The notes under the pieces are model-generated. The model saw only the letters and a list, made by a program, of their open reading frames with translations. It was not told the origin of the DNA and did not search any database. A program made the translations under genes and the position numbers. From the NCBI GenBank assembly GCA_002269645.1, contig NIVC01000084.1, positions 558,001 through 622,000 of the forward strand: DNA of 64,000 nucleotides, written 5' to 3'. The DNA is from Macrostomum lignano. Lineage: Eukaryota. Shown here piece by piece: positions 1 through 12,790 of this stretch (its first letter is position 1; every line of letters begins with the position of its first letter).

Positions 1-4
1 TAAG

Positions 5-559
5 ATGGAGGTCAGTCCGGCCATCGCCGCCCCCGTCAGCGCACCGGAGAACGAGGAACCGTTGCGCAAAGCTTTCCAGGGCTTCTCCGGCGGCGCGGGT
101 CGAATTCACGCATTTCAGCTGCAGCAGATCCTGAACAGATCCTTCGGCAAAGAGGTGAAGGAGTTTTCCGGATTTAGCGCCGAAGCCTGTCGCAGCATGC
201 TTGCTCTGATGGACCTGAACATGTCCGGCTACATGGAATTCGACGAGTTCAAAGTGCTTTGGAACCAGATCCGCCTGCTGAAGACAATTTTCAAAGAGAA
301 AGACGCCGATGGAAATGGCTCATTTGACTCGTTCGAGCTGCGCGACGCTTTGAAAGCTGCCGGCTACAATCTGAGCAACAAGGTGTTCGAGACGGTTGCC
401 ATGCGGTATACGGACCCAACTAAGGGCGTCGTGAGCTTCGAAGATTTCATCCTGCTATCAGTGCGGATGAGGACCGCTTTTACTACCTACGAGGCGACTG
501 TGAAGACAAAGGAGGCTTTGGAGCAGGACAACTTCATCAAGATGATGATGTATATTTGA
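5..559 (+). CDS. Calpain-type penta-EF-hand domain (domain IV/VI): 3' end of a calpain or a stand-alone small-subunit/sorcin-like protein
   Basis: 184-aa ORF with F..EACRSMLALMDLNMSGYMEFDEFKVLW, DADGNGSFDSFELRDALKAAGY and VSFEDFILLSVR, typical calpain PEF motifs. An AG directly before the ATG and an open frame at the window edge mean it may be a terminal exon. Confidence 0.85.
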   Translation: MEVSPAIAAPVSAPENEEPLRKAFQGFSGGAGRIHAFQLQQILNRSFGKEVKEFSGFSAEACRSMLALMDLNMSGYMEFDEFKVLWNQIRLLKTIFKEKDADGNGSFDSFELRDALKAAGYNLSNKVFETVAMRYTDPTKGVVSFEDFILLSVRMRTAFTTYEATVKTKEALEQDNFIKMMMYI

Positions 560-1520
560 CAGGTTTTGAAAGATCAGAGTCTCAACCACATTTTTCTCTA
601 ACAAACATGGTTTTTTCTGCCGTTAATGTTGTAATCATAATTCATCCCAGCTATATTTATCAAGCCTGCAGTATTCCTACGTTAGCTAATACAAATCCAA
701 CTGCATATTCATTGGATAACAAATTGTAAGACAAACTTTGCCCTTAACTCGACTTAAAACAAACGTAATACGTAAACTCATGTTAGGTTTATTCTGCAGA
801 AAGTTTTCATTTCTTAACCTATTTCATTTTTATAACATTTTCAACTATTATTAAAATCGACAGTTGTTTCTCTACTATAAATTGCATGTGTTTTACCATT
901 TTCCATTTTAAACACCAAATAGATATCAATTATAAGTTTCTCTTATTAGCCATCGATCTGTTGAGAACTGAGGTCTGAGCCGCAACAACCTTTAATTTCT
1001 AATCCTGAAATGCTTACTCAGTTTTATGAATTGTCAATAATCATTTTCAAGCAAAAATAAAATATGCGACACCATAACTGCATGTGCTGATCGGCTATCA
1101 TCGTTTGAACTCGGGATTTAATTTGTCCTACATTATCACCCTCTTTTCTAACATAAGCTAGACCTTAGCCAGCCTGACAATGTCGACAACGTAAACAGAA
1201 GATTCTGATCTTAAATTCAAATATATTCATGCAGTCATGCACTGCTTGCTCCTGGTTATTACCTACCGGTGTTTCGCGATGCACTTTGCACCCCAAGTTA
1301 AAACGCTCGAAGTAGTAATAAAAAATCCTCTCTGTGTTTGAATAATTAAACATTTTAATAAATAAAGTAGCAGCGCTAGAGCCAAGTTTATATAGATATA
1401 GACTCGTATAATTTCGATTTTCTATGGCTGAAAAGTATATAGCTGTTTAGTAGAAAGTAAGCACGATCTAGTAACTACGATCTGGTTCAACAGTAACAAA
1501 TAACAATAGCTTCTCCGGCT

Positions 1521-4500
1521 CTAGTTGGTCGCGTACATCTGCACAAACTCTCCGTAGTCGGTGAACCCATCGTTGTTAACGTCAACTTCGTTAATCATCT
1601 CTTTGACTTCGTCCATGGTCAGCTTCTCGCCGAGTTTCGTCATCACCTCCATCAGCTCGTTGCTGCTGATTTTCCTGGAGTTTTTTGTTGCATGGATTTT
1701 ATTGTAGGGGAACAGCAAGCACTCTACATGACTATTCCTTCATGCACATTATTCTGAGAATTGGTGTTGTTCGCTCATTCTACATGACTATTCCTACATG
1801 CACATTATTCTGAGAATTGGTGTTGTTCGCTCATTCTACATGACTATTCCTTCATGCACATTATTCTGAGAATTGGTGTTGTTCGCTCATTCTACATGAC
1901 TATTCCTACATGCACATTATTCTGAGAATTGGTGTTGTTCGCTCATTCTACATGACTATTCCTACATGCACATTATTCTGAGAATTGGTGTTGTTCGCTC
2001 ATTCTACATGACTATTCCTACATGCACATTATTCTGAGAATTGGTGTTGTTCGCTCATTCTACATGACTATTCCTTCATGCACATTATTCTGAGAATTGG
2101 TGTTGTTCGCTCATTCTACATGACTATTCCTACATGTACATTATTCTGAGAATTGGTGTTGTTCGCTCATTCTACATGACTATTCCTACATGCACATTAT
2201 TCTGAGAATTGGTGTTGTTCGCTCATTCTACATGACTATTCCTACATGCACATTATTCTGAGAATTGGTGTTGTTCGCTCATTCTACATGACTATTCCTA
2301 CATGCACATTATTCTGAGAATTGGTGTTGTTCGCTAATTCTACATGACTATTCCTTCATGCACATTATTCTGAGAATTGGTGTTGTTCGCTCATTCTACA
2401 TGACTATTCCTTCATGCACATTATTCTGAGAATTGGTGTTGTTCGCTCATTCTACATGACTATTCCTACATGCACATTATTCTGAGAATTGGTGTTGTTC
2501 GCTCATTCTACATGACTATTCCTACATGCACATTATTCTGAGAATTGGTGTTGTTCGCTCATTCTACATGACTATTCCTACATGCACATTATTCTGAGAA
2601 TTGGTGTTGTTCGCTCATTCTACATGACTATTCCTACATGCACATTATTCTGAGAATTGGTGTTGTTCGCTCATTCTACATGACTATTCCTACATGCACA
2701 TTATTCTGAGAATTGGTGTTGTTCGCTCATTCTACATGACTATTCCTTCATGCACATTATTCTGAGAATTGGTGTTGTTCGCTCATTCTACATGACTATT
2801 CCTTCATGCACATTATTCTGAGAATTGGTGTTGTTCGCTCATTCTACATGACTATTCCTTCATGCACATTATTCTGAGAATTGGTGTTGTTCGCTCATTC
2901 TACATGACTATTCCTACATGCACATTATTCTGAGAATTGGTGTTGTTCGCTCATTCTACATGACTATTCCTTCATGCACATTATTCTGAGAATTGGTGTT
3001 GTTCGCTCATTCTACATGACTATTCCTACATGTACATTCTGAGAATTGGTGTTGTTCGCTCATTCTACATGACTATTCCTACATGTACATTATTCTGAGA
3101 ATTGGTGTTGTTCGCTCATTCTACATGACTATTCCTTCATGCACATTATTCTGAGAATTGGTGTTGTTCGCTCATTCTACATGACTATTCCTACATGCAC
3201 ATTATTCTGAGAATTGGTGTTGTTCGCTCATTCTACATGACTATTCCTACATGCACATTATTCTGAGAATTGGTGTTGTTCGCTCATTCTACATGACTAT
3301 TCCTACATGCACATTATTCTGAGAATTGGTGTTGTTCGCTCATTCTACATGACTATTCCTTCATGCACATTATTCTGAGAATTGGTGTTGTTCGCTCATT
3401 CTACATGACTATTCCTACATGTACATTATTCTGAGAATTGGTGTTGTTCGCTCATTCTACATGACTATTCCTACATGCACATTATTCTGAGAATTGGTGT
3501 TGTTCGCTCATTCTACATGACTATTCCTACATGCACATTATTCTGAGAATTGGTGTTGTTCGCTCATTCTACATGACTATTCCTACATGCACATTATTCT
3601 GAGAATTGGTGTTGTTCGCTAATTCTACATGACTATTCCTTCATGCACATTATTCTGAGAATTGGTGTTGTTCGCTCATTCTACATGACTATTCCTTCAT
3701 GCACATTATTCTGAGAATTGGTGTTGTTCGCTCATTCTACATGACTATTCCTACATGCACATTATTCTGAGAATTGGTGTTGTTCGCTCATTCTACATGA
3801 CTATTCCTACATGCACATTATTCTGAGAATTGGTGTTGTTCGCTCATTCTACATGACTATTCCTACATGCACATTATTCTGAGAATTGGTGTTGTTCGCT
3901 CATTCTACATGACTATTCCTACATGCACATTATTCTGAGAATTGGTGTTGTTCGCTCATTCTACATGACTATTCCTACATGCACATTATTCTGAGAATTG
4001 GTGTTGTTCGCTCATTCTACATGACTATTCCTTCATGCACATTATTCTGAGAATTGGTGTTGTTCGCTCATTCTACATGACTATTCCTTCATGCACATTA
4101 TTCTGAGAATTGGTGTTGTTCGCTCATTCTACATGACTATTCCTTCATGCACATTATTCTGAGAATTGGTGTTGTTCGCTCATTCTACATGACTATTCCT
4201 ACATGCACATTATTCTGAGAATTGGTGTTGTTCGCTCATTCTACATGACTATTCCTTCATGCACATTATTCTGAGAATTGGTGTTGTTCGCTCATTCTAC
4301 ATGACTATTCCTACATGTACATTCTGAGAATTGGTGTTGTTCGCTCATTCTACATGACTATTCCTACATGTACATTATTCTGAGAATTGGTGTTGTTCGC
4401 TCATTCTACATGACTATTCCTACATGCACATTATTCTGAGAATTGGTGTTGTTCGCTCATTCTACATGACTATTCCTACATGCACATTATTCTGAGAATT

Positions 4501-7500
4501 GGTGTTGTTCGCTCATTCTACATGACTATTCCTTCATGCACATTATTCTGAGAATTGGTGTTGTTCGCTCATTCTACATGACTATTCCTTCATGCACATT
4601 ATTCTGAGAATTGGTGTTGTTCGCTCATTCTACATGACTATTCCTACATGCACATTATTCTGAGAATTGGTGTTGTTCGCTCATTCTACATGACTATTCC
4701 TACATGCACATTATTCTGAGAATTGGTGTTGTTCGCTCATTCTACATGACTATTCCTACATGTACATTCTGAGAATTGGTGTTGTTCGCTCATTCTACAT
4801 GACTATTCCTACATGTACATTATTCTGAGAATTGGTGTTGTTCGCTCATTCTACATGACTATTCCTTCATGCACATTATTCTGAGAATTGGTGTTGTTCG
4901 CTCATTCTACATGACTATTCCTACATGCACATTATTCTGAGAATTGGTGTTGTTCGCTCATTCTACATGACTATTCCTTCATGCACATTATTCTGAGAAT
5001 TGGTGTTGTTCGCTCATTCTACATGACTATTCCTACATGCACATTATTCTGAGAATTGGTGTTGTTCGCTCATTCTACATGACTATTCCTACATGCACAT
5101 TATTCTGAGAATTGGTGTTGTTCGCTCATTCTACATGACTATTCCTTCATGCACATTATTCTGAGAATTGGTGTTGTTCGCTCATTCTACATGACTATTC
5201 CTACATGTACATTCTGAGAATTGGTGTTGTTCGCTCATTCTACATGACTATTCCTTCATGCACATTATTCTGAGAATTGGTGTTGTTCGCTCATTCTACA
5301 TGACTATTCCTTCATGCACATTATTCTGAGAATTGGTGTTGTTCGCTCATTCTACATGACTATTCCTACATGCACATTATTCTGAGAATTGGTGTTGTTC
5401 GCTCATTCTACATGACTATTCCTACATGCACATTATTCTGAGAATTGGTGTTGTTCGCTCATTCTACATGACTATTCCTACATGTACATTATTCTGAGAA
5501 TTGGTGTTGTTCGCTCATTCTACATGACTATTCCTTCATGCACATTATTCTGAGAATTGGTGTTGTTCGCTCATTCTACATGACTATTCCTACATGCACA
5601 TTATTCTGAGAATTGGTGTTGTTCGCTCATTCTACATGACTATTCCTACATGCACATTATTCTGAGAATTGGTGTTGTTCGCTCATTCTACATGACTATT
5701 CCTACATGCACATTATTCTGAGAATTGGTGTTGTTCGCTCATTCTACATGACTATTCCTTCATGCACATTATTCTGAGAATTGGTGTTGTTCGCTCATTC
5801 TACATGACTATTCCTACATGCACATTATTCTGAGAATTGGTGTTGTTCGCTCATTCTACATGACTATTCCTACATGCACATTATTCTGAGAATTGGTGTT
5901 GTTCGCTCATTCTACATGACTATTCCTACATGCACATTATTCTGAGAATTGGTGTTGTTCGCTCATTCTACATGACTATTCCTACATGCACATTATTCTG
6001 AGAATTGGTGTTGTTCGCTCATTCTACATGACTATTCCTTCATGCACATTATTCTGAGAATTGGTGTTGTTCGCTCATTCTACATGACTATTCCTACATG
6101 CACATTATTCTGAGAATTGGTGTTGTTCGCTCATTCTACATGACTATTCCTACATGCACATTATTCTGAGAATTGGTGTTGTTCGCTCATTCTACATGAC
6201 TATTCCTTCATGCACATTATTCTGAGAATTGGTGTTGTTCGCTCATTCTACATGACTATTCCTACATGCACATTATTCTGAGAATTGGTGTTGTTCGCTC
6301 ATTCTACATGACTATTCCTTCATGCACATTATTCTGAGAATTGGTGTTGTTCGCTCATTCTACATGACTATTCCTTCATGCACATTATTCTGAGAATTGG
6401 TGTTGTTCGCTCATTCTACATGACTATTCCTTCATGCACATTATTCTGAGAATTGGTGTTGTTCGCTCATTCTACATGACTATTCCTACATGCACATTAT
6501 TCTGAGAATTGGTGTTGTTCGCTCATTCTACATGACTATTCCTTCATGCACATTATTCTGAGAATTGGTGTTGTTCGCTCATTCTACATGACTATTCCTT
6601 CATGCACATTATTCTGAGAATTGGTGTTGTTCGCTCATTCTACATGACTATTCCTTCATGCACATTATTCTGAGAATTGGTGTTGTTCGCTCATTCTACA
6701 TGACTATTCCTTCATGCACATTATTCTGAGAATTGGTGTTGTTCGCTCATTCTACATGACTATTCCTACATGCACATTATTCTGAGAATTGGTGTTGTTC
6801 GCTCATTCTACATGACTATTCCTACATTCCTACATTTTGGCGCCGCAGGCCGGCACTCATTTTGTCGCCACAGACAGGCACTCATTTTGGCGCCGCAGGC
6901 CGGCACTCATTTTGGCGCCGCAGACAGGCACTCATTTTGGTGCCGCAGGCAGGCACTCATTTTGGCGCCGCAGGCAGGCACTCATTTTGGCGCCGCAGGC
7001 AGGCACTCATTTTGGCGCCGCAGACAGGCACTCATTTTGGCGCCGCAGGCAGGCACTCATTTTGGCGCCGCAGGCAGGCACTCATTTTGGTGCCGCAGGC
7101 AGGCACTCATTTTGGCGCCGCAGGCAGGCACTCATTTTGGCGCCGCAGACAGGCACTCATTTTGGCGCCGCAGACAGGCACTCATTTTGGCGCCGCAGGC
7201 CGGCACTCATTTTGGCGCCGCAGACAGGCGCTCATTTTGGCGCCGCAGACAGGCACTCACTTTGGCGCCGCAGGCAGGCACTCATTTTGGCGCCGCAGGC
7301 AGGCACTCATTTTGGCGCCGCAGGCAGGCACTCATTTTGGCGCCGCAGGCAGGCACTCATTTTGGCGCCCTGAAGAAAAACTTTTGATTTCCTCACAACG
7401 GGTCACCATTAGGTGGAGGTGACAAAGCATTGCACAGTCTACCAAAAGCTTTTACTGTGAGAGGGACATGACTCATCGGGTCCCCTCCCCCCGATGGCGA

Positions 7501-8408
7501 CCTGTACTTAACAATCCATCTGAAATCGGTGAGTACACCTGATCGAGCCCTCACCCATCGCCATTTTTGTCGAACATCTGAAACGCCACCTTCATTTCGT
7601 TCTGCTTGGACTCGACCGTTTTGATTCGATTCTTCATCATCTGGAATTGAGGTTTATTTGTTGAAAAAAAGTAATAAAGTATTAATAATCAGATTATTCA
7701 TTAATAATAAACATATCTGAGTGAGACAATAAATCACTCACCTGGCAGAATTCCTCAAAATTGATTGTACCATCCTTGTTTAAGTCGTACTCTTGAATCA
7801 TCAGCTGCAGAAAAGCATTAAAATTTAATGTTGCAAACACGGCTGTAATAATCTCACTTTTGAAATGCATTTATTGCCATTACTTATCTTACTCTTACTA
7901 TTTACTACACCCACTAGTCTTTGCCACAATTTACCAATTACCACTCTTATTCTTTACCACAGTTTACTACACTACTTAGTCTCACAACACTTAACCACAC
8001 CCCCTACTCTTTACCACTCCCCCTACTCTTTACCGCTCTTTACCATTCCGCCTAGTCTTGACCGGTCTTTACACCACCTCCCTGCTCTTTACCGCACTCC
8101 CATACTATTTACCTCACGCCCAGTTTTCTTACTCTAGTACCATACCATTTACCACATTCTTCCATTCTTTGTCTCACTGCCTTTAATCTTTACGAAAATC
8201 TTTTCTATCCTTAGTAGTCATTCTTCCCATCCTTCGACCCTAAATCATGTTCCATCTTCCTTACCTGTACGTCTTTCTCGGTGGGATTCTGTCCCAAGCA
8301 CTGGATAACGGTTCTCAGTTCGTTCACTTCGATTTCTCCGTTTCCGTTCTTGTCGAACATGTTGAATGTCTCTCGCATGTCCTCCCGCCATTCACCTGTT
8401 TCCGCCAT
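1521..8408 (-). CDS. Calmodulin-like protein, 4 EF-hands, 148 aa, 4 exons
   Basis: Exons 8408-8265, 7804-7742, 7640-7555, 1674-1521, all GT-AG with phases 0,0,2. EF loops [48 protein letters not shown]. Confidence 0.93.
1720..6826. repeat. 56-bp tandem satellite, about 91 copies, in intron 3 of the calmodulin-like gene
   Basis: Unit catgcacattattctgagaattggtgttgttcgctcattctacatgactattcc(t/a), near-identical copies, four 53-bp deletion variants. Confidence 0.98.
6833..7369. repeat. 25-bp GC-rich minisatellite, about 21 copies, abutting the 56-bp satellite
   Basis: Unit cattttggcgccgcaggcaggcact. Confidence 0.96.
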
Positions 8409-10249
8409 TATATTGCGCTTTTATGATAGCTGGCTTAATTGCTTCCGGAAGAGATCGATCGGCCGGTATTTCCTGGACCAGCTGTTTTTGGGTGAACTTT
8501 TCTGTAATGCAAGACTACTGTACTCAGCTCGTATTACTCCTACGGGGATAATTGTGTCACAAGTTCGCGGACAAGACGAGCGCAAGAACTGCTCAGTCTA
8601 AAGCACAGGGTCACGTACAGCTGTCGTACGTATTGCGAGAGTCGCTCGCCCATGTGAATCCCCACCCATCTTCGAAACGATGCATCATCCTCATTGAAAC
8701 CGCGGTCTTCATAATAGCGGGTTGGTGGGTACAGCTTGCAAAAGGTGGTTCTTAAAAGTTTTGAGTAGCTAATTGTTGGACACTGGATATTTCGGTACAG
8801 TTCGTCTCAACCTGCGTCTGTAAAATCATCAATAATTGCGTGTTTTATTGGCACCCCCTGTGGCTTGGAGCTGGCGAACTTATGACACAATTGCCTCGCA
8901 GCAGCAGCCCATTAATTTGAGCTGAAATATTAAATGCATGCAGTCAAACATGCTATATAGCAGCGGTCAAACATGCAGCTTACAGTTTTCAGGCCGCAGA
9001 AGATTCTCTGGATCTGCTCTTAATTTAGTCGCGTGTCAGACTCTGGAAATTTAAGGCAATAAGATCAGCAAGTGGAGCTTTAGTCTTATGTATTCGGAGC
9101 TATTGTACGAGAGCTACCATTAGCTTATATCTGCGCATATAATTGCTGCTACACCTCACGTTGCATTTGCAGTGAGTACAGCTCCGAGCTTCGTTTGAGT
9201 ATAGCTATTAGTTATATCTACTGTACGTACATGTATGCTCTATCCCTCCCTGCCCCTGTGGGCAACACCACGAAGTCTCTGCCTGCTGCCAGAAGCTTGG
9301 CAATAAATTAAAGCCTCTTTTAAAAGTAGTCTATAGCTTTAGCTGAACGAACGACCCTGTGTCATTCTCTCTTCTCCATTTTGGTGTATACTCTATATGC
9401 TCACCCAGCGAACTCAGTACGTTGCTTAATATTTCTACCAATGTGCAAATTCCTATGCGAAACTCTCACGCAGTCCCTGTCTCTCTTTTCATGCCCGCGC
9501 AAACCACAATAATTTTTTTTCTGTTGCCATAGGCACACCGCATATTCTTGGAAAGAGAGAAATTACCAGAATTTATGCGCTACTTTCATACTACTTAGCT
9601 GTCTCAGTGAGTAGTAAGCTAAGAAATTATTGATTTTTCAAATTATTGCCTGAAATTTAATTACCTAAAGCGATCGGACCTTTGCTTTTTAATTGATAGC
9701 CGTTTTTACGAGCCTATAAACCATATATCTGTACTCAGTGACCCAATGTATTATAATTTATCAAGGCCTTAAAATAGGTTACGAACAAAAAATCACTCGC
9801 AGGCATTTCTATCGATCGATTAGTAGCCGTCCCTAAACTCACCACTTTTAGTCTGCAATAGTGTAAAGCTTACAGAACTTTTAAATAAATCCGACCGAAA
9901 AAAAGCATTACTTCACGATACTCCGCGATTCCCCTTTTTCAGTCGGACTTTCTTGGCTAGCTTCTTCCAAGCTTTGTAAAATTAGAGCGAGGTCTCGATC
10001 GAGTGCACCGCGAAAGCTAACACCTAACACCAAAAACTTGTCCGGTCGCATGTTAAATAGAATTTGAAATCCAAGTAGGTCAATCAAGATAAAATGCAAG
10101 GAAGATAGGAGCAAACTAAATATCGAACACTTTTAAATGTAAATTCCTCTATTTAAATTGAAATTAAATTACATACACATGTAGACACCCTATATCCGAA
10201 AGTGCATGTAAACACGTATCCTGAAGTGACCAGCCGAGTCTTGAATTGG

Positions 10250-10450
10250 TTACGCGTGTCCTGAAGTAGGCAACTATATTCTGAAGTGGCAACCTATGTC
10301 CTAAAGTGGTCACCGATGACCTGAAGTGGCCACCTATGTCCTGAAGTTACCACCTATGTCCTGAAGTGGCAACCTATGTCCTGAAGTGGCCACCTATGTC
10401 CTGAAGTGGCCACCTATGTCCTGAAGTGGCCACCTATGTCCTGAAGTGGC
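10250..10450. repeat. 20-bp minisatellite, about 9-10 copies
   Basis: Unit ctgaagtggccacctatgtc, degenerate towards the 5' side. Confidence 0.9.
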
Positions 10451-10604
10451 CATGGCCATAGTTTTCTCAGGACACGACGGGAGTATACTAAAATGCTAAC
10501 CGGCGTCTTGACTTTTTTCGATGACTGATTTGACGGTCGGGTGAACGAGTGTTATGTTACTGAAAATTCATGTTGAAATATATGGTGTACTTTGTTGCGA
10601 TTAA

Positions 10605-11267
10605 AGCAATCTGAACCTCGACCTGAATAGCCGAAAAGATAGCCCTGAAAGATTGGCCGCTTATCTGATCAATGGCAGATTGCATCTCGAACAAGCCAAA
10701 GTCAAGCCATGCAAGGCTCCGCTAGAAGAGCACATATTGTTCCGGCAGAACCCAAGCTATGCAGGAAATTCAATCAGGAGGCTCCTTTGCCAGGCCAAGC
10801 AATCTGAGTTCCCCAACAGAATATAGTTTGATGAAGAATTTGATATGCACGGCAAATTGAGCACAGCTGACGAAGGCGGAACCGGCTGCCAAATTAACTT
10901 TGACAGCAGTTTTCTATGCAGGATTTTACAAGGGAATCAGCACAGACACTGCATTTACTCTAGAACCATATACAACTCAAACAATGCATTTTTGTTTAAA
11001 CGGAAATTCAACTATTGACACAACGAAAACTGCGTTAAAACTGACTGTTTTAACTTGGCAGGCGGCTTCACTGTCGTTAAAGCTGATAAATTTGGGCGAA
11101 CATTTCTGATTGGTCGAAGCACTGACAAGACCTTTAACTGGATGCGGAGCGGAGGCGCATGGACGCCTCCATGTAAGTCTGCGAAATACCTTCGCTTTTC
11201 TTTCGCTGAGTCAAGGAATCAAGAGACTTTCAATCAGCTGAATAAAATCCAACAAGTCAGAATTTAA
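10605..11267 (+). pseudogene. Possible decayed coding sequence of unknown family (221-codon frame, two internal stops)
   Basis: One frame runs SNLNLDL...QQVRI* with stops only at 10824-10826 (TAG) and 11016-11018 (TGA). No family recognised. Confidence 0.3.
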
Positions 11268-11315
11268 GGAAAATAATAGAACTAAACGAACAGTGTTCTT
11301 GCAACGCCGGCAAAG

Positions 11316-12770
11316 ATGCGACCAACTGCTTGGCTTGTTGCCGCTTGTGGTAGGTGCATCATGGCACATCGCTCGTATTTGCTTTATTTCAAGGTTTAAT
11401 GAAGTTTCACGTTGCTTGATTCGCATCATTACCATTTTCAGTTCTTGCATTCTCAACTGCTTCTGTCGACGGGGCATCAAGTGACATCGTAAGTGCGAAA
11501 TTCGATTTAGACAGTTATAGAAATTTATGGTTATTCTGGATTGAAGTGCTATTTGAATTTCTACTTCATTTCTGGTTGATTTTTACAGACTAAGGATGGA
11601 GTAACCGGAGTCCATGAGGTGACAGACTATCGACAAGAAACCAAGAAGTGGCTCTCCGACGGCTTCAGGAACAAGAAGTGGCTCTCCGATGGCTTTAGGA
11701 ACAAGAAGTGGCTCTCCGATGGCTTCAGGAACAAGAAGTGGCTCTCCGATGGCTTTAGGAACAAGAAGTGGCTCTCCGATGGCTTCAAGAACAAGAAGTG
11801 GCTCTCCGATGGCTTCAGGAACAAGAAGTGGCTCTCCGATGGCTTCAGGAACAAGAAGTGGCTCTCCGATGGCTTTAGGAACAAGAAGTGGCTCTCCGAT
11901 GGCTTCAAGAACAAGAAGTGGCTCTCCGACGGCTTCAGGAACAAGAAGTGGCTCTCCGATGGCTTTAGGAAGACGAAGTGGCACTCCGATGGCTTTAGGA
12001 ACAAGAAGTGGCTCTCCGACGGCTTCAGGAACAAGAAGTGGCTCTCCGACGGCTTCAGGAACAATAAGTGGCTCTCCGATGGCTTCAGGAACAAGAAGTG
12101 GCTCTCCGATGGCTTCAGGAACAAGAAGTGGCTCTCCGACGGCTTTAGGAACAAAAAGTGGCTCTCCGATGGCTTTAGGAACAAAAAGTGGCTCTCCGAT
12201 GGCTTCAGGAACAAGAAGTGGCTCTCCGATGGCTTCAGGAACAAGAAGTGGCTCTCCGACGGCTTCAGGAACAAGAAGTGGCTCTCCGACGGCTTCAGGA
12301 ACAAGAAGTGGCTCTCCGACGGCTTTAGGAACAAGAAGTGGCTCTCCGACGGCTTTAGGAACAAGAAGTGGCTCTCCGACGGCTTCAGGAACAAGAAGTG
12401 GCTCTCCGATGGCTTCAGGAACAAGAAGTGGCTCTCCGACGGCTTCAGGAACAAGAAGTGGCTCTCCGACGGCTTTAGGAACAAGAAGTGGCTCTCCGAC
12501 GGCTTTAGGAACAAGAAGTGGCTCTCCGACGGCTTCAGGAACAAGAAGTGGCTCTCCGATGGCTTCAGGAACAAGAAGTGGCTCTCCGATGGCTTTAGGA
12601 ACAAGAAGTGGATCTCCGACGGCTTTAGGAACAAGAAGTGGCTCTCCGACGGCTTTAGGAACAAGAAGTGGCTCTCCGATGGCTTTAGGAACAAGAAGTG
12701 GCTCTCCGATGGCTTTAGGAACAAGAAGTGGCTCTCCGACGGCTTCAGAAACAAGAAGTGGCTCCTCTGA
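11316..12770 (+). CDS. Secreted repetitive prohormone-like precursor, 420 aa: signal peptide, short spacer, 37 x (KK-WLSDGFRN)
   Basis: Exons 11316-11349, 11442-11488, 11589-12770. Introns 11350-11441 (GTAGGT..TTTTCAG, phase 1) and 11489-11588 (GTAAGT..TTTTACAG, phase 0). Spliced N-terminus MRPTAWLVAACVLAFSTASVDGASSDITKDGVTGVHEVTDYRQET is a typical signal peptide. Common repeat variants are synonymous in this frame. Confidence 0.85.
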
Positions 12771-12790
12771 TGGTTTCAGAAACAAGTGGC
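11641..12790 (+). repeat. 30-bp coding tandem repeat: 37 intact units plus one frameshifted unit
   Basis: Unit aac aag aag tgg ctc tcc ga(c/t) ggc tt(c/t) agg. Confidence 0.98.

Noticed and set aside
1720-6826. CRISPR array (also considered for 37305-38290 and 58070-58740)
   Set aside because: Units are contiguous with no unique spacers, there are no cas genes, and the context is eukaryotic.
6770-7422. Three overlapping 178-205-aa ORFs (APQAGTHFG repeats)
   Set aside because: A stop-free 25-bp unit opens all three frames, and it lies antisense within a defined intron.
8540-8806. 88-codon open minus frame upstream of the calmodulin-like gene (..LYPPTRYYEDRGFNEDD..)
   Set aside because: No early ATG, no convincing splice link and no recognised homology. 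The length is attainable by chance.
9088-9420. Possible solo LTR (TG start, AATAAA, pyrimidine tail)
   Set aside because: No matching CA end with a target-site duplication was found.
11211-11480. Minus ORF with a coiled-coil-like look (MQELKMVMMRIKQRE)
   Set aside because: It overlaps exons 1-2 of the better-supported + strand gene and matches no recognised family.
11583-12785. Minus-strand ORFs EPLLVPKAIG and FLKPSESHFL
   Set aside because: Antisense shadows of the peptide repeat. Only the + frame has splice sites and a signal peptide.
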